Positions 35,777 through 49,737 of a DNA stretch of 64,000 nucleotides are shown here, piece after piece. The stretch is from a candidate division FCPU426 bacterium (GTDB taxonomy: Bacteria > Oederibacteriota > JAAXVQ01 > JAUVAV01). The stretch lies in NCBI GenBank assembly GCA_040756875.1, contig JBFLYH010000002.1, forward strand, positions 446,644 to 510,643, read 5' to 3'. The notes below the pieces were generated by a model. The model saw only the letters and a list, made by a program, of their open reading frames with translations, was not told where the DNA came from and did no database searches. A program made the translations under genes and the position numbers. Position 1 is the first letter of the stretch. Every line of letters starts with the position of its first letter.

Positions 35777-36657
35777 GGCAGAAGTTCCGGGTCCCGCATC
35801 TGCGCCAGGGTGAAGTCCAGGGCGCGCTCCACGTCCCACAGCGGATGGCGCTTCAAAACCGACTGGGCTTTGTCCGTCACCAGGCCGGCCGCGAGCGGGC
35901 GCAGCGCTTTTTGTTTGAGCGAGGCCGTGGGCACGGCCGTCACCTGCCCGGGGTCAAAACCAAGCTTCTCCAAAATCCGGCGCGCGAACGCGTCGCGTCC
36001 CACGCGCGAAGTGCCCACCAGGTTATAGACGCCGGTGCGGCCGTCCTCGATCAGCTCGCCCAAGGCCTGCGCCAAATTGACGGCCTGCGTGGGGTTCCCG
36101 ATCTGATCAGAGGGCACGGTGATGGGCTCCCGGTTTTGGGCCCTTTGCAATACTTGCATGAAAAAATTGACCGACCCCGGCAAATAAGAATACACCACGG
36201 TGGTGCGCACGATCAGGTGGTTGGGCACCAGCGCGGCCACGACCTGTTCGCCCGCGAGTTTGGTGCGCCCATAGACCGACTCGGGCTGGGTGGGATCGGT
36301 TTCGCGGTAGGGGCCGGAGCGGCCGTTGAAAACGTACTCCGAAGAGAAAAACGCCAGTCCGGCGTCCAGGCGCCGGCAGGCTTGCGCCACGTGTTCCGCG
36401 CCGCGGACATTGATCCGTTCCGCCTCGTCGGGGATGTCCTCGCATTTGTCCACGTGCGTGAGGGCCGCGGTCAGAATCACGTACTCAGGCCGGCGGCTTT
36501 CCAAATAGCGGTCCACGGCGCCGGGATCGCGGATATCAAGCGCCGGCAGGCCCTTGAGCCCTTGCAGGGACGTGCCGCTGATTTCGTGGCCGCGGCCCAG
36601 GACGCGGAGCAGAAAGTGCCCCACCTGGCCATCGGCGCCAATGACGAGAATCTTCAC
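35773..36657 (-). CDS. rmlD: dTDP-4-dehydrorhamnose reductase
   Basis: GTG at 36657 is preceded by AAGGAG at a 6-nt spacer, giving VKILVIGADGQVG.... Carries ...YGRTKLAGEQ... (RmlD YxxxK). About 294 aa. The annotated 328-aa form starts inside a low-complexity stretch. Confidence 0.7.
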   Translation of the reverse strand: MKILVIGADGQVGHFLLRVLGRGHEISGTSLQGLKGLPALDIRDPGAVDRYLESRRPEYVILTAALTHVDKCEDIPDEAERINVRGAEHVAQACRRLDAGLAFFSSEYVFNGRSGPYRETDPTQPESVYGRTKLAGEQVVAALVPNHLIVRTTVVYSYLPGSVNFFMQVLQRAQNREPITVPSDQIGNPTQAVNLAQALGELIEDGRTGVYNLVGTSRVGRDAFARRILEKLGFDPGQVTAVPTASLKQKALRPLAAGLVTDKAQSVLKRHPLWDVERALDFTLAQMRDPELLP

Positions 36658-36786
36658 AACCTGCTCCTTTTGTCCCCTCTCCCCCGAAGGAGGAGGGGCA
36701 GGGAGAGGGTGGGATGCAAATTTAAAACCATCACCCTCCCCTTCATCCCCTCCCCTCAAGGGAGGGGAAAATACTGTTGGTATCCG
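36658..36786. repeat. REP-like intergenic GC-rich palindromic elements (CCCCTCTCCC...GGGAGAGGG and CCCCTCCCC-tcaa-GGGAGGGG), same family as the tandem repeat at 1003-1442
   Basis: Read directly. Confidence 0.6.
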
Positions 36787-37791
36787 TTAAAAATATTCCG
36801 CACGGCGCTCCCGGTAGAAGGCCACCGTGCGCGCCAAGCCGTCGTCCAGCGTGACCGTCGGCTCCCATCCCAGCAGACGCCGGGCCTTGTCGATGGACAC
36901 CACATAATCGCCGATCTCGATGGCCTTGCGCTCTTCGTCCCAAGGAAGATGGCGGATCGGCGGGCGCAGGCCGGTGGCCTGCCGGATCTTCTCCACCATC
37001 TCCACAAAGGGCGTCGCCTGCCCCGAACCGAGCATGAAGGCTTCGCCCACGGCCTCGGGCCGGACGGCGGCCAGCAGAAAGGCGCGGTTCACGTCGTCCA
37101 CGTAGTTGTAATCGCGCGTCTGTTTGCCTTCGCCGTAGATCGCGATTTCCCGGCCTTCCAGTCCCAGGCGGATGAACCAGTTGACGATGCCGTAATCCCC
37201 GTGCCGCATCTGACTGCGCGGCCCGAAGGTGTTGGCGATGCGCAGGGACGTGGTCTTCAAGCCGTGCACGCGGTGGTAGAACTGGTAGTATTTTTCAGCG
37301 GCCAGTTTGTCGATGCCGTTGATGTCCGTGGGATGGGTGGGATGCAGCTCGTCGACCGGCGAGGCGTGCATGCGTCCGATCACGCCGCGCGTGCTGGCAT
37401 AGACGATGCGGGCCTTGGGCGCCACGCGCCGCAGGGCCTCGAGCACGGTCAGGGCGCCCCGGCAGTTGATGTCCGCGTCCAGGAGCGGATCGCGCACGGA
37501 CAGGGTGTGGGACACCTGCGCCGCGCAGTCGTAAACCACGTCCGCGCCAGCCAGGGCCTGCTCCACGATCCGGGGATCGCGCACATCACCGACCACCACC
37601 TCGGGCGCCGGGCGCAGGTCCCGGATATTGGCTTCGTTCCAGCCGTAGGGGTCCAGCTTCGCGTCCAGAATCCGGACCTTGGCGCCCGCGTTCGTCGCGG
37701 CCACAGCCAGGTTGGACCCGATAAACCCCAGGCCGCCGGTGATCACCACCCGTTTATCCTTGAAAGCGCCCGCCAGCGCGTCCGACGTCAT
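36787..37791 (-). CDS. NAD-dependent epimerase/dehydratase family protein (NDP-sugar epimerase/reductase; plausible CDP-sugar epimerase)
   Basis: KDKRVVITGGLGFIGSNLA.... 334 aa. Sits immediately downstream of rfbG. Confidence 0.6.
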   Translation of the reverse strand: MTSDALAGAFKDKRVVITGGLGFIGSNLAVAATNAGAKVRILDAKLDPYGWNEANIRDLRPAPEVVVGDVRDPRIVEQALAGADVVYDCAAQVSHTLSVRDPLLDADINCRGALTVLEALRRVAPKARIVYASTRGVIGRMHASPVDELHPTHPTDINGIDKLAAEKYYQFYHRVHGLKTTSLRIANTFGPRSQMRHGDYGIVNWFIRLGLEGREIAIYGEGKQTRDYNYVDDVNRAFLLAAVRPEAVGEAFMLGSGQATPFVEMVEKIRQATGLRPPIRHLPWDEERKAIEIGDYVVSIDKARRLLGWEPTVTLDDGLARTVAFYRERRAEYF

Positions 37792-37807
37792 GGTCGTTCC
37801 TGCCTCC

Positions 37808-38782
37808 TCACTTGCCCTTCAGAAAGTCGCGGTACCAGGCGATGGTTTCCTTGAGCCCCTGCTCCAGGGTGTAGGCCGGTTTCCATCCCAGCACGCGTTT
37901 GGCTTTGGAGGAATCCAGGTATTGATGATGGATCTCTCCCTGCCAGGTGTTTTGAATCTCGGGTTGAAGCTGGACGTTCATCAGGCGGCGCAGTTCCTCG
38001 ATGATCTGCAAAGGCGTCAGCGGTTCGTTGGTGCCGAAGTTGAAGGCCTGTCCCTGAACTTCGGGACGGTCCAGGTTTTCCGCCAGCAACAGGTACGCGG
38101 AAGCCGCGTCCCGCACGAAGAAATAATCCCGCTTGGGCGACCCGTCGCTGCGGATGATCGGCCGCTCGCCGGCCAGAAAGGAGCGGATCGTCCCCGGAAT
38201 GAGGCGGTTGAAATTCAAATCCCCGCCGCCGAACAGGTTGCCGCAGCGCGCGATGGCCAGCGGCAACCGGTAGGTCTGCACATAGGCCTGGGCGAGAAGG
38301 TCCGCGCAGGTCTTGGAAACATCGTACGGATGACGCCCGGCCAGGGGCACGTCCTCCGTATAGGGCAGCTGGGGCTGGTCGCCGTAGGCCTTGTCCGAGG
38401 AGGCGACCAGGAGCTTGGGCTTGAGCGGCGAGGTCCGAACGGCCTCCAGCAGGTTCCACGTGCCGCGGATGTTGGCTTCAAACGTCGCGAGCGGCGAACG
38501 GTTGGCCGTGCCTACGATGGTCTGCGCGGCCAGGTGGAACACCACCTGGGTTTCGTACTCGTTCAGGGTGCGTTCGATCAGCGCATAATCTTCCAGCGGG
38601 CCGCGGACCGCGGTCACGCGCTGGTCCAGGCCGGCCAGATAGAACCGGGAACGGGGCACGTGGTCCCGGATCAGCACCACGACCTCGGCCTTTTGCGCCG
38701 CCAGTTCCTCGGTCAGCCACGAGCCCAGCAGCCCGGTCGCGCCGGTCACCAGCACCCGCTTCCCCTGCCAAAAGTTGCTCAT
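37808..38782 (-). CDS. rfbG: CDP-glucose 4,6-dehydratase
   Basis: Start [23 protein letters not shown]..., the typical DdhB N-terminus, with SD AAGGGAGTGGG. The 361-aa annotated form carries an N-terminal over-extension. Confidence 0.75.
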   Translation of the reverse strand: MSNFWQGKRVLVTGATGLLGSWLTEELAAQKAEVVVLIRDHVPRSRFYLAGLDQRVTAVRGPLEDYALIERTLNEYETQVVFHLAAQTIVGTANRSPLATFEANIRGTWNLLEAVRTSPLKPKLLVASSDKAYGDQPQLPYTEDVPLAGRHPYDVSKTCADLLAQAYVQTYRLPLAIARCGNLFGGGDLNFNRLIPGTIRSFLAGERPIIRSDGSPKRDYFFVRDAASAYLLLAENLDRPEVQGQAFNFGTNEPLTPLQIIEELRRLMNVQLQPEIQNTWQGEIHHQYLDSSKAKRVLGWKPAYTLEQGLKETIAWYRDFLKGK

Positions 38783-38848
38783 GTTCCCACTCCCTTTTTC
38801 TTCTTTTTCAAAGCCGGAAACGCATAGGCGAGCAAGCCTTTGCGAAAA

Positions 38849-38885
38849 AGACTCATTCTCCCACTTTTTCGCAACGGAGACCGCC
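38849..38885. other. Palindrome ttgcgaaaaag-actcattctccca-ctttttcgcaa inside the rfbF-rfbG intergenic spacer; second copy of the 28213 element
   Basis: Read directly. Confidence 0.4.
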
Positions 38886-38929
38886 CACCCCATGGCGGTC
38901 GTCTTGCGTGTCTATGCGTTCCCGGCTAA

Positions 38930-42716
<3,787 letters not shown>

Positions 42717-42718
42717 GC

Positions 42719-43474
42719 TTAAACCGTCCTGTTTTTCTTGTTTTGGTGGGTTTCGCGGGCCAGCAGGTTGGCCGCGAACCAGGAATCGATGGATTCGCCG
42801 GCGTCGGCCCAGTGCCCCTTGAGAATGCCGTAGGCCATCTGCTTGCGGCGCAGGTAACTGTTGTTCACGTCCGTGATCTCGAGTTCGCCCCGGCCCGAGG
42901 GGCTGAGGGTTTTGATGATCTTGAAAACCGCATTGTCGTAGAAATAGACGCCGATCACCGCGTAGGGCGAAGGCGCCTTTTTGGGTTTTTCGATGATGCG
43001 CTCAATGCGCTCCCCCTTGAATTGGGGCACGCCGTAGGCCGAGAGGTTTTCCACGGCCTTGAGCAGGATCATCGCGCCGTGCGGATGCTGCTTGAACTGC
43101 TGCGCGTAAGGCAGCAGCGAATCATGGACGATGTTGTCCCCCAAAAAAACCAGGATCGGGTGCCCCTCGGCGAAATCTTCGGCCAGCCCCAGCGCTTCGG
43201 CGATCCCGCCTTCGCCGCGCTGGTAGGCGTACTGCAGGCGGCGCAACCCGAACTGGCGGCCGTCGCCCAGGAGCCGCAGAAACTCGCCGGCATGGTGGCC
43301 GCCCGTGACCAGCATGACTTCTTCGATCCCGGCCTCGGCCATCTTCTGCAGGGGATGGAAAATCATCGGCTGGTTGTAGACCGGGAGCAGGTGCTTGTTG
43401 GTGATGTCGGTCAGGGGTTTCAGCCGCGTGCCCAGGCCGCCGGCCAGAATGACGCCACGCAGGGTGGTGGTCAC
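42719..43474 (-). CDS. rmlA: Glucose-1-phosphate thymidylyltransferase (short form)
   Basis: GTG at 43474 with AAGGAG 7 nt upstream gives VTTTLRGVILAGGLGTRLKPLT.... The annotated ATG at 43555 would overlap ugd by 59 nt. Confidence 0.7.
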   Translation of the reverse strand: MTTTLRGVILAGGLGTRLKPLTDITNKHLLPVYNQPMIFHPLQKMAEAGIEEVMLVTGGHHAGEFLRLLGDGRQFGLRRLQYAYQRGEGGIAEALGLAEDFAEGHPILVFLGDNIVHDSLLPYAQQFKQHPHGAMILLKAVENLSAYGVPQFKGERIERIIEKPKKAPSPYAVIGVYFYDNAVFKIIKTLSPSGRGELEITDVNNSYLRRKQMAYGILKGHWADAGESIDSWFAANLLARETHQNKKNRTV

Positions 43475-43496
43475 GGTGGGATCTCCTTTATGGATG

Positions 43497-44786
43497 TTAA
43501 CGCCGGCCGATGCCCCGGTAGGTGAAGCCCAGGGCCTTGACTTTGGCCGGATCATAGATATTGCGGCCGTCCACGATCAGGGGCGAACGCATCAACTCCT
43601 TCACGCGCGCGAGATCCATTTCCTTGAATTCGTTCCACTCGGTCAGGATGACGAGGCAATGCGCCCCCTCCACCGCGGCATAGGCGGTGTCGGTCAGCTT
43701 GACGCCCGGCAGCAGCCGGCTGGCGTGCTCCATGGCGGCCGGATCATAGGCCCGGACGCGGGCGCCGTTTTCCTGCAGCAGCGGAATCACGGCCGTGGAC
43801 ACCGCTTCGCGCAGGTCGTCGGTGTTGGGCTTGAAGGAAAGCCCCCATATGGCGATTTGTTTGCCTTCGAGCGGACCCAGGATCTCCTTGACCTTGGCCA
43901 GCACGGATTGCTTTTGGTGCTCGTTCGCCGCGATGACCGCCTTCAGGGTTTTGAATTCATACCCTTCCTTGGCGGCTTTCTGCACCAGGGCGGAGACGTC
44001 CTTGGGAAAACAGGAGCCGCCATACCCGGCGCCGGCGCTTAAAAACGCCGGGCCGATGCGGCGGTCCAGGCCCATGCCGTGCGCCACTTTGGCCACGTCC
44101 GCGCCCACGCGATCGCACAGGTTCGCGATTTCGTTGATGAACGTGATTTTGGTCGCCAAAAAGGCGTTGCTGGCGTATTTGATCATTTCCGCCGAACGCA
44201 GGTCCGTCACCATGATCTCCGCGTCCAGGGGTTTGTAGAGCTCGCTGACCTTTTCCGCGGCCGCCGGATGGTTGGTGCCGATCAGAATCCGGTCCGGGTT
44301 CATGAAATCGTGCACGGCCGAACCCTCGCGCAGGAACTCCGGATTGGCCACCACTTCCACCGAATGCCGGTGACGGTCGTGCTCCTCGATGATGCTGGCT
44401 ACGAGATCGCCCATTCCGACCGGCACCGTGCTTTTATCCACGACGATTTTCGGTCCGTTGAGGTGCCGGCCGATATCCGCGGCCACGGCTTTCACGGCCG
44501 CGAGGTCCGCCTCGCCGCTCTCCAGGGGCGGAGTGCCGACGGCGATGAAAATGAACTCGGAGGTTTGGACCCCCTTGGCCAAATCCGTGGTAAAGGTCAG
44601 GCGCTTGCCCCGGTGCCGCTCGACAAGTTCCTGCAATCCCGGTTCGAAAATCGGGATATGCCCCTGTTCCAGGGCGCGGATTTTGTCCGCATCCTGGTCA
44701 ACGCCGACCACCTCGTTGCCCAGATCGGCGAAACAGGCGCAGGTCACCAAACCGACATAACCGGTCCCCACCACGCAGATTTTCAT
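43497..44786 (-). CDS. ugd: UDP-glucose 6-dehydrogenase
   Basis: MKICVVGTGYVGLV... Carries ...GGSCFPKD.... 429 aa. Confidence 0.8.
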   Translation of the reverse strand: MKICVVGTGYVGLVTCACFADLGNEVVGVDQDADKIRALEQGHIPIFEPGLQELVERHRGKRLTFTTDLAKGVQTSEFIFIAVGTPPLESGEADLAAVKAVAADIGRHLNGPKIVVDKSTVPVGMGDLVASIIEEHDRHRHSVEVVANPEFLREGSAVHDFMNPDRILIGTNHPAAAEKVSELYKPLDAEIMVTDLRSAEMIKYASNAFLATKITFINEIANLCDRVGADVAKVAHGMGLDRRIGPAFLSAGAGYGGSCFPKDVSALVQKAAKEGYEFKTLKAVIAANEHQKQSVLAKVKEILGPLEGKQIAIWGLSFKPNTDDLREAVSTAVIPLLQENGARVRAYDPAAMEHASRLLPGVKLTDTAYAAVEGAHCLVILTEWNEFKEMDLARVKELMRSPLIVDGRNIYDPAKVKALGFTYRGIGRR

Positions 44787-44821
44787 GCTCGCATTTCCTC
44801 CTCGGCTGCAAAAAGGATGGA

Positions 44822-44850
44822 ATTATAGCATCGTTCCCATTATCCCTCAA
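44822..44850 (-). promoter_or_regulatory. Sigma70-like promoter (minus strand: TTGAGG-N17-TATAAT) about 35 nt upstream of ugd; candidate promoter for the polysaccharide operon
   Basis: The reverse complement of 44822-44850 reads ttgagggataatgggaacgatgcTATAAT. It is followed by the GAGGAGGA SD before the ugd ATG. Confidence 0.45.
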
Positions 44851-44905
44851 GCGCAAACCCGGTGGAGCCATCCCCGGCCAAAAGGCCTTGGGCCTGAATC
44901 AGGGA

Positions 44906-47044
44906 TCATTCCCCGAAAGAGCTGCCTTCTGGTCCCGACCCCACGTGGAATTCCGGGAAAGCCTTTAAATTAAGGCCGAAACCGACGTCATAATGCCCGT
45001 CGGCATACACTTTCAGCCCGGTTTGCATCTCCCAGCAATGCAGGTCGTGCGAAAGGGTCAGGGAATAATTGGTGAATTTTTTTTGCAGCACTTCGAATTG
45101 CAGGCCGGTTTGCAGCGAGATTCCCACCCCGGGCCGCACGCCGGCGGTCAGCATGGCAAACCAGGAATGTTCGCGGCCGGTTTGGCCGATATACGAATAG
45201 GAATTGTTCAAAGCCACATTCCACGCGCTCTGGGCCATGCTGGCGGAAACATACCCCGAGGTGATGCGCTCCTTGAGCCAGTCATGGGTCCCCTGCCAGT
45301 TCAGGGAAACGCCGGAGCCCAGACTGGCATTGCCGCTGAAATTGAGGGCTTCCAGGTGGTCCCGCCAATCCGGCGATTCCTCAAACAGGAAGAATTTATA
45401 GCCCGTACTGCCGCGCAGCACGAAAAAAGTGCCCATAAAATAATCCAGACTCAGGCCCATGCGGTTGGACGTGACGCCGGCGGCTGCCAGCGAGCGGTTG
45501 CCCTCCAGGGAGAACTGCCGGCTGAAGTCGTGGGACAGGCGGCTTTCGACCAGGTGCGTGGGTTTGGTGTAGCGGTAATTCACCCATTTGTTGGTCAGGG
45601 TCAGGTTGGTCGTGTACCCGCCGTCGATCTGGGTTTGGGGCGAGGTTTGATCGCTGGTGTGGTCGGAAAAGACGATTTCCTTGTACGTGCCGGTCAGGGG
45701 CAGGGAGAGCGAGCCCGACAGGCTGGGCTGCGTGGGAACACGCACGGGGAAAGTGTAGGTTTCGGTCAGTCCGGGCGTCAGCCTGAAGCTGTCCACATAA
45801 CGGTCGCGGATGTCGCCGCTGGGAATCACGGTCACGCGCTGGTAGGTGCGGTTCAGCCCGGCGCTCAGGTTCAAATAGAGCGGCTGCACCAGGCTGAACA
45901 GTTTTTGCGGCGTAAGGGAAACAGAAGCGGTCGGCAGTTCACGGCTTTGGGTGTAATAAGTTCCCAGCAGCGGATCCCAATACTCCACGTCGCTGGCATT
46001 CAGGCTCCAATAGAAAATGTCGCCCCGGTGCGAATAGGCCAGGTAGGATTTCTGCTGGAACGAGTCCACCACGTCCGCCGAAAATTCCCGGTTGAACGCC
46101 TGGTCCGAAAGGTAATCCAGGTTGAGCTGCATCTGGTCCCGCTCGCTGAATTCATGGCGGTTGTCCACGTGGGCGGTCCAGCGTTCGGTCCCGAGCTCCT
46201 TGTCCCGCACGTAATAGACCGACAGATCCCCCGCCCCCTTGCCCAGGGCCTCGTAGCCGAGGTGGTGCTCCACGCCCCAGCCCAGGCCTTTGCGCTCCAT
46301 AAGGTCGAGCAGCAGGCCGCCGTAGTTTTCCTTGCCCAGATAATAATTGAAGCGCAGGCGCGCGTACCAGCCTTCAAAATCGTTGTACCCCACGCGGATG
46401 GAAAAAGGCGGCCGGCTGTCCTTGAGCGAGCGCTGGATCCAGGGCAGGTAAAAGACCGGGGTGGTGCCCACGTACAAAACCGCGTGGTGGGCCGTGAGGG
46501 ATTCGCCCAGCACCACGTCGATCCGGCTGGCCGTGAGATGATAATGGGGATGGCGGGCGTCGCAGGTGGTGAACAGGGCGTGGTTGATGGCCACTTCCTT
46601 CTCGCCGTGTTTTTCGACGGACTCGCCCTGGTAATACCAGGGCCGGGTGGCGAAGCGGATGCCCCGCGCGGCGGCCGACTGGCTCTGCAAATCGTAGTCG
46701 AGTTCTGCACAGTGGATGGTCCGGTCGGTTTCAGTCAGCGTGACATTGCCGCGAGCTTCGATCCGGCGGGTGGCGAGGTCCGCCTGCGCCGCGTCGGCGG
46801 TGAGCGTCAGGTTGGAATACCAGATGCGGACCGAGCCGCGCGCTTCCATGCGTCCCGTGTCCTCGGCATAGCTGAGCCAATCCGCGGCCACGCTCACCCG
46901 CTGGCCGGCCGTGGTATTGGGCGCGGCCTCGGGCACAGGCGCAGCCGCCCGGGCGGAAGCGCCCAGGAGCCAGAATGCCGTAACAAAAAAAAGCAGGGGC
47001 GCGCCGTATGCTTGCACGCCCCTGCCGATGGTCTGCATTCTCAT
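44906..47044 (-). CDS. lptD: LPS-assembly outer-membrane protein LptD (OstA-like N-domain plus beta-barrel)
   Basis: Signal-peptide-like start MRMQTIGRGVQAYGAPLLFFVTAFWLLGASARAAAP, then OstA-like beta-jellyroll repeats, then a large barrel with a C-terminal aromatic residue (...FGE, not terminal F). Confidence 0.65.
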   Translation of the reverse strand: MRMQTIGRGVQAYGAPLLFFVTAFWLLGASARAAAPVPEAAPNTTAGQRVSVAADWLSYAEDTGRMEARGSVRIWYSNLTLTADAAQADLATRRIEARGNVTLTETDRTIHCAELDYDLQSQSAAARGIRFATRPWYYQGESVEKHGEKEVAINHALFTTCDARHPHYHLTASRIDVVLGESLTAHHAVLYVGTTPVFYLPWIQRSLKDSRPPFSIRVGYNDFEGWYARLRFNYYLGKENYGGLLLDLMERKGLGWGVEHHLGYEALGKGAGDLSVYYVRDKELGTERWTAHVDNRHEFSERDQMQLNLDYLSDQAFNREFSADVVDSFQQKSYLAYSHRGDIFYWSLNASDVEYWDPLLGTYYTQSRELPTASVSLTPQKLFSLVQPLYLNLSAGLNRTYQRVTVIPSGDIRDRYVDSFRLTPGLTETYTFPVRVPTQPSLSGSLSLPLTGTYKEIVFSDHTSDQTSPQTQIDGGYTTNLTLTNKWVNYRYTKPTHLVESRLSHDFSRQFSLEGNRSLAAAGVTSNRMGLSLDYFMGTFFVLRGSTGYKFFLFEESPDWRDHLEALNFSGNASLGSGVSLNWQGTHDWLKERITSGYVSASMAQSAWNVALNNSYSYIGQTGREHSWFAMLTAGVRPGVGISLQTGLQFEVLQKKFTNYSLTLSHDLHCWEMQTGLKVYADGHYDVGFGLNLKAFPEFHVGSGPEGSSFGE

Positions 47045-47066
47045 CACCCTGCCTTGCGGGCGGGAC

Positions 47067-48170
47067 TCACACAATCGTTTGTTCGGTTTCTTTGTCGAAG
47101 AAATGGGCTTTGCTCATGTCAAGGACGAGATCCATGTCCTGATTGACTTCCAACTGCTCGTACGTGTCCATGCGCGCGATAAAGGGCGTTTTGCCGGTCG
47201 TGAGATAGATGAAGGCGTCCCAGCCCATGGGTTCCACCACTTCCACGGTGGCGGTGATCGTGTTTTCCGGCGACGCGGGATAATACACCTTGTCGTAGAT
47301 GTTTTCCGGCCGGATGCCCATGACCAGTTCCTTGCCCACCAAGTCCTCCAGGGCAGCCGCATGGTCGTCGTGAATCTTGACCGTGAAATTTTCCTCCGAA
47401 AAATACAACACGTCCTTTTTCTTGATGATCGTGCCTTCCATGAAATTCATGGGCGGCGACCCGATGAAACTGGCTACGAACTTGTTGCTGGGCTGGTCGT
47501 ACAGGGTGATGGGGTCGGCGATTTGCTGGATCAGGCCGTCCCGCATGACCACGATCCGGTCGCCCATGGTCATGGCTTCCACCTGGTCGTGCGTCACGTA
47601 GATCATGGTCGCCTGCAGGCGGGTGTGCAGCTTGCCGATCTCGCCGCGCATCTGCACGCGCAGTTTGGCGTCGAGGTTGGAGAGCGGTTCGTCGAAGAGA
47701 AACACCTTGGGATTGCGCACGATCGCGCGCCCCAGGGCCACGCGCTGGCGCTCGCCGCCGGCCAGGGACTTGGGCCGGGAGTCCAGCAGCCGCGTAATGC
47801 TCAGCGTTTCAGCGGCCTCCAAGACGCGGCGTTTGATCTCGTCCTTGGGGAGCTTCTTCAATTTGAGCCCGAAGGCCATGTTCTCATATACGGTCATGTG
47901 CGGATACAGGGCATAGTTCTGGAAAACCATGGCAATATCGCGGTCTTTGGGCGGAAGGTCGTTGACGACTTTGTCGTCGATCAGAATATCGCCGCTGGTG
48001 GCTTCCTCCAGCCCGGCGATCAGGCGCAGGGTGGTGGACTTGCCGCAGCCCGAAGGCCCGACCAGAACGATGAATTCCTTGTCTTCGCAGGTTAAATTGA
48101 CGTTTTGAACGGCATCCCGGTCTTTGCCGGGGAAATGCTTGCGGACATTTTTAAGGACAACCCGTGCCAA
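47067..48170 (-). CDS. ABC transporter ATP-binding protein, MalK/UgpC/MsmK-like (carbohydrate importer ATPase with C-terminal TOBE domain)
   Basis: Walker [10 protein letters not shown], signature [11 protein letters not shown], Walker [13 protein letters not shown]. No permease or SBP genes are adjacent. Confidence 0.75.
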   Translation of the reverse strand: MARVVLKNVRKHFPGKDRDAVQNVNLTCEDKEFIVLVGPSGCGKSTTLRLIAGLEEATSGDILIDDKVVNDLPPKDRDIAMVFQNYALYPHMTVYENMAFGLKLKKLPKDEIKRRVLEAAETLSITRLLDSRPKSLAGGERQRVALGRAIVRNPKVFLFDEPLSNLDAKLRVQMRGEIGKLHTRLQATMIYVTHDQVEAMTMGDRIVVMRDGLIQQIADPITLYDQPSNKFVASFIGSPPMNFMEGTIIKKKDVLYFSEENFTVKIHDDHAAALEDLVGKELVMGIRPENIYDKVYYPASPENTITATVEVVEPMGWDAFIYLTTGKTPFIARMDTYEQLEVNQDMDLVLDMSKAHFFDKETEQTIV

Positions 48171-48286
48171 AACACGACCTCCTCATGCACAATACGACTG
48201 GCAGGAATTTATGGGCAGGCCCAGAAAGAGAACAAGAAACACAGCAGGTCGAGGCTATTGTAGCGGCTGAATCCCGGCCCTGTCAA

Positions 48287-49711
48287 TCATATTTTTCCAA
48301 GCCTTTTCCGCTCCCTTTGCAGGGCGGCAGCGACCCGGTTGGGCGCGGTCCCGCCCCAGGAACGCTTGGCCGCCACGGAGCGCCGGAGCCCGACTTCCCC
48401 GAGCACGCCAGGCTGAAAAGCCGGGTGAAAGGCCCGCCAACGCTCCAGGGGGATGGATTCCAGGGGAATGTCGGCCTCGCTGGCCCAGGTGACCAGGCGT
48501 CCGACCGCTTCATGGGCCTGCCGGAACGGCACGCCCTGGCGGACCAAATGGTCGGCCGCTTCGGTGGCGGTCGGGAATCCCAGGCTGCAGGCCTGTTCGA
48601 GGCGCTCGCGGTTGAAACGCAGAGTGTCCAGCATGGGGCAAAGAACCAGCAGGGTTTCATCCAGAATGTCCGCGGCCTCAAACACCACCACTTTGTCTTC
48701 CTGCAAATCCCGGTTGTACGTCAGCGGCAGGCCCTTCAGCACGGTCAGCAATGTGACCAGGCAGCCGTTTAAGCGGCTGCTGCGGCCGCGGATCAGTTCA
48801 GCCACGTCCGGGTTGCGCTTCTGGGGCATGATGGAAGACCCGGTGGCGAACCGCTGGGACAGGGTGATAAAGCGGAACTCGTGGCTGGAAAACAGCACCA
48901 GCTCCTCGGCCAGGCGCGAGAGATGCACCCCGCAGATCGCGGCCGCAGACAAAAATTCCAGGGCGAAATCGCGGTCCGCGACCGTGTCCAGCGAATTGTC
49001 CGTCACGCGGGCGAAACCCAGCAGGCGCGCCGTGAACTGCCGGTCAATGGGATGGCTGGTGCCGGCCAGGGCCGCCGCGCCCAGAGGCAAATCCTCCAGG
49101 CTGCCCTGCCGCAACTCCCACAGCCGGCGCTCATCCCGGGCAAACGCCTCGAGATGGGCCAGCAGCCAGTGCGCCACCAGCACCGGCTGGGCGGTCTGCA
49201 GGTGCGTGTATCCGGGCATGATCCAGTCCCGGTGCTTTTCCGCCAGGCGCAGGAGCGAACGCTGCAGGAGCCGCAGGGCGCCGGCGAGGTGCTCGGTTTC
49301 CCCTCGCAGGTACAGTTTGAAATCCAGGGCCACCTGGTCGTTGCGCGAACGCGCGGTGTGGACCTTGCCAGCCACGGGGCCGATCAATTCATGCAAGCGC
49401 CTCTCCACCAGCATGTGCACGTCCTCGTCCGAAGGCTTGTGCGCCAGTTTGCCCTGCTCCCATTCGTGCAGCACGGCGCGCAGGCCGCCCTGGATTTTCC
49501 GCGCTTCGGCCAGGGACAGGATTTTGCATTTGGCCAGCATCTCCACGTGCGCCAGACTTCCCGCAATGTCCGCGGGCAGCAGCCGCCAATCCACCTCCAG
49601 CGAGGCGGTGTACGCTTCGGCGCGCGGGTCCGGCGCTTCGGTGAAACGTCCGGCCCAGGCTTTATGCGGGGCCTTTGCGGCAGATGGCTTGCGGCGTTTG
49701 CGTGCGGGCAT
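48287..49711 (-). CDS. argH: Argininosuccinate lyase
   Basis: ...GSSIMPQKRNPD... fumarate-lyase signature. 474 aa. Confidence 0.85.
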   Translation of the reverse strand: MPARKRRKPSAAKAPHKAWAGRFTEAPDPRAEAYTASLEVDWRLLPADIAGSLAHVEMLAKCKILSLAEARKIQGGLRAVLHEWEQGKLAHKPSDEDVHMLVERRLHELIGPVAGKVHTARSRNDQVALDFKLYLRGETEHLAGALRLLQRSLLRLAEKHRDWIMPGYTHLQTAQPVLVAHWLLAHLEAFARDERRLWELRQGSLEDLPLGAAALAGTSHPIDRQFTARLLGFARVTDNSLDTVADRDFALEFLSAAAICGVHLSRLAEELVLFSSHEFRFITLSQRFATGSSIMPQKRNPDVAELIRGRSSRLNGCLVTLLTVLKGLPLTYNRDLQEDKVVVFEAADILDETLLVLCPMLDTLRFNRERLEQACSLGFPTATEAADHLVRQGVPFRQAHEAVGRLVTWASEADIPLESIPLERWRAFHPAFQPGVLGEVGLRRSVAAKRSWGGTAPNRVAAALQRERKRLGKI

Positions 49712-49737
49712 GGTGGTCGCTCCCCGTAGTTTCGGTT

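Noticed and set aside
35767-37854. 695-aa plus-strand ORF
   Set aside because: It lies antisense to rmlD and the epimerase gene. Its amino-acid composition (Arg/Gly/Ala/Pro-rich, no motifs) is the typical high-GC antisense artefact.
42719-43555. ATG start at 43555 for rmlA (278-aa form)
   Set aside because: It would overlap ugd by 59 nt and adds a non-conserved N-terminus. The GTG at 43474 has a canonical AAGGAG SD and begins the conserved VILAGGLGTRL motif.
44993-47146. 717-aa plus-strand ORF
   Set aside because: Antisense to lptD. Low-complexity Gly/Arg/Ala-rich translation with no domain signature.
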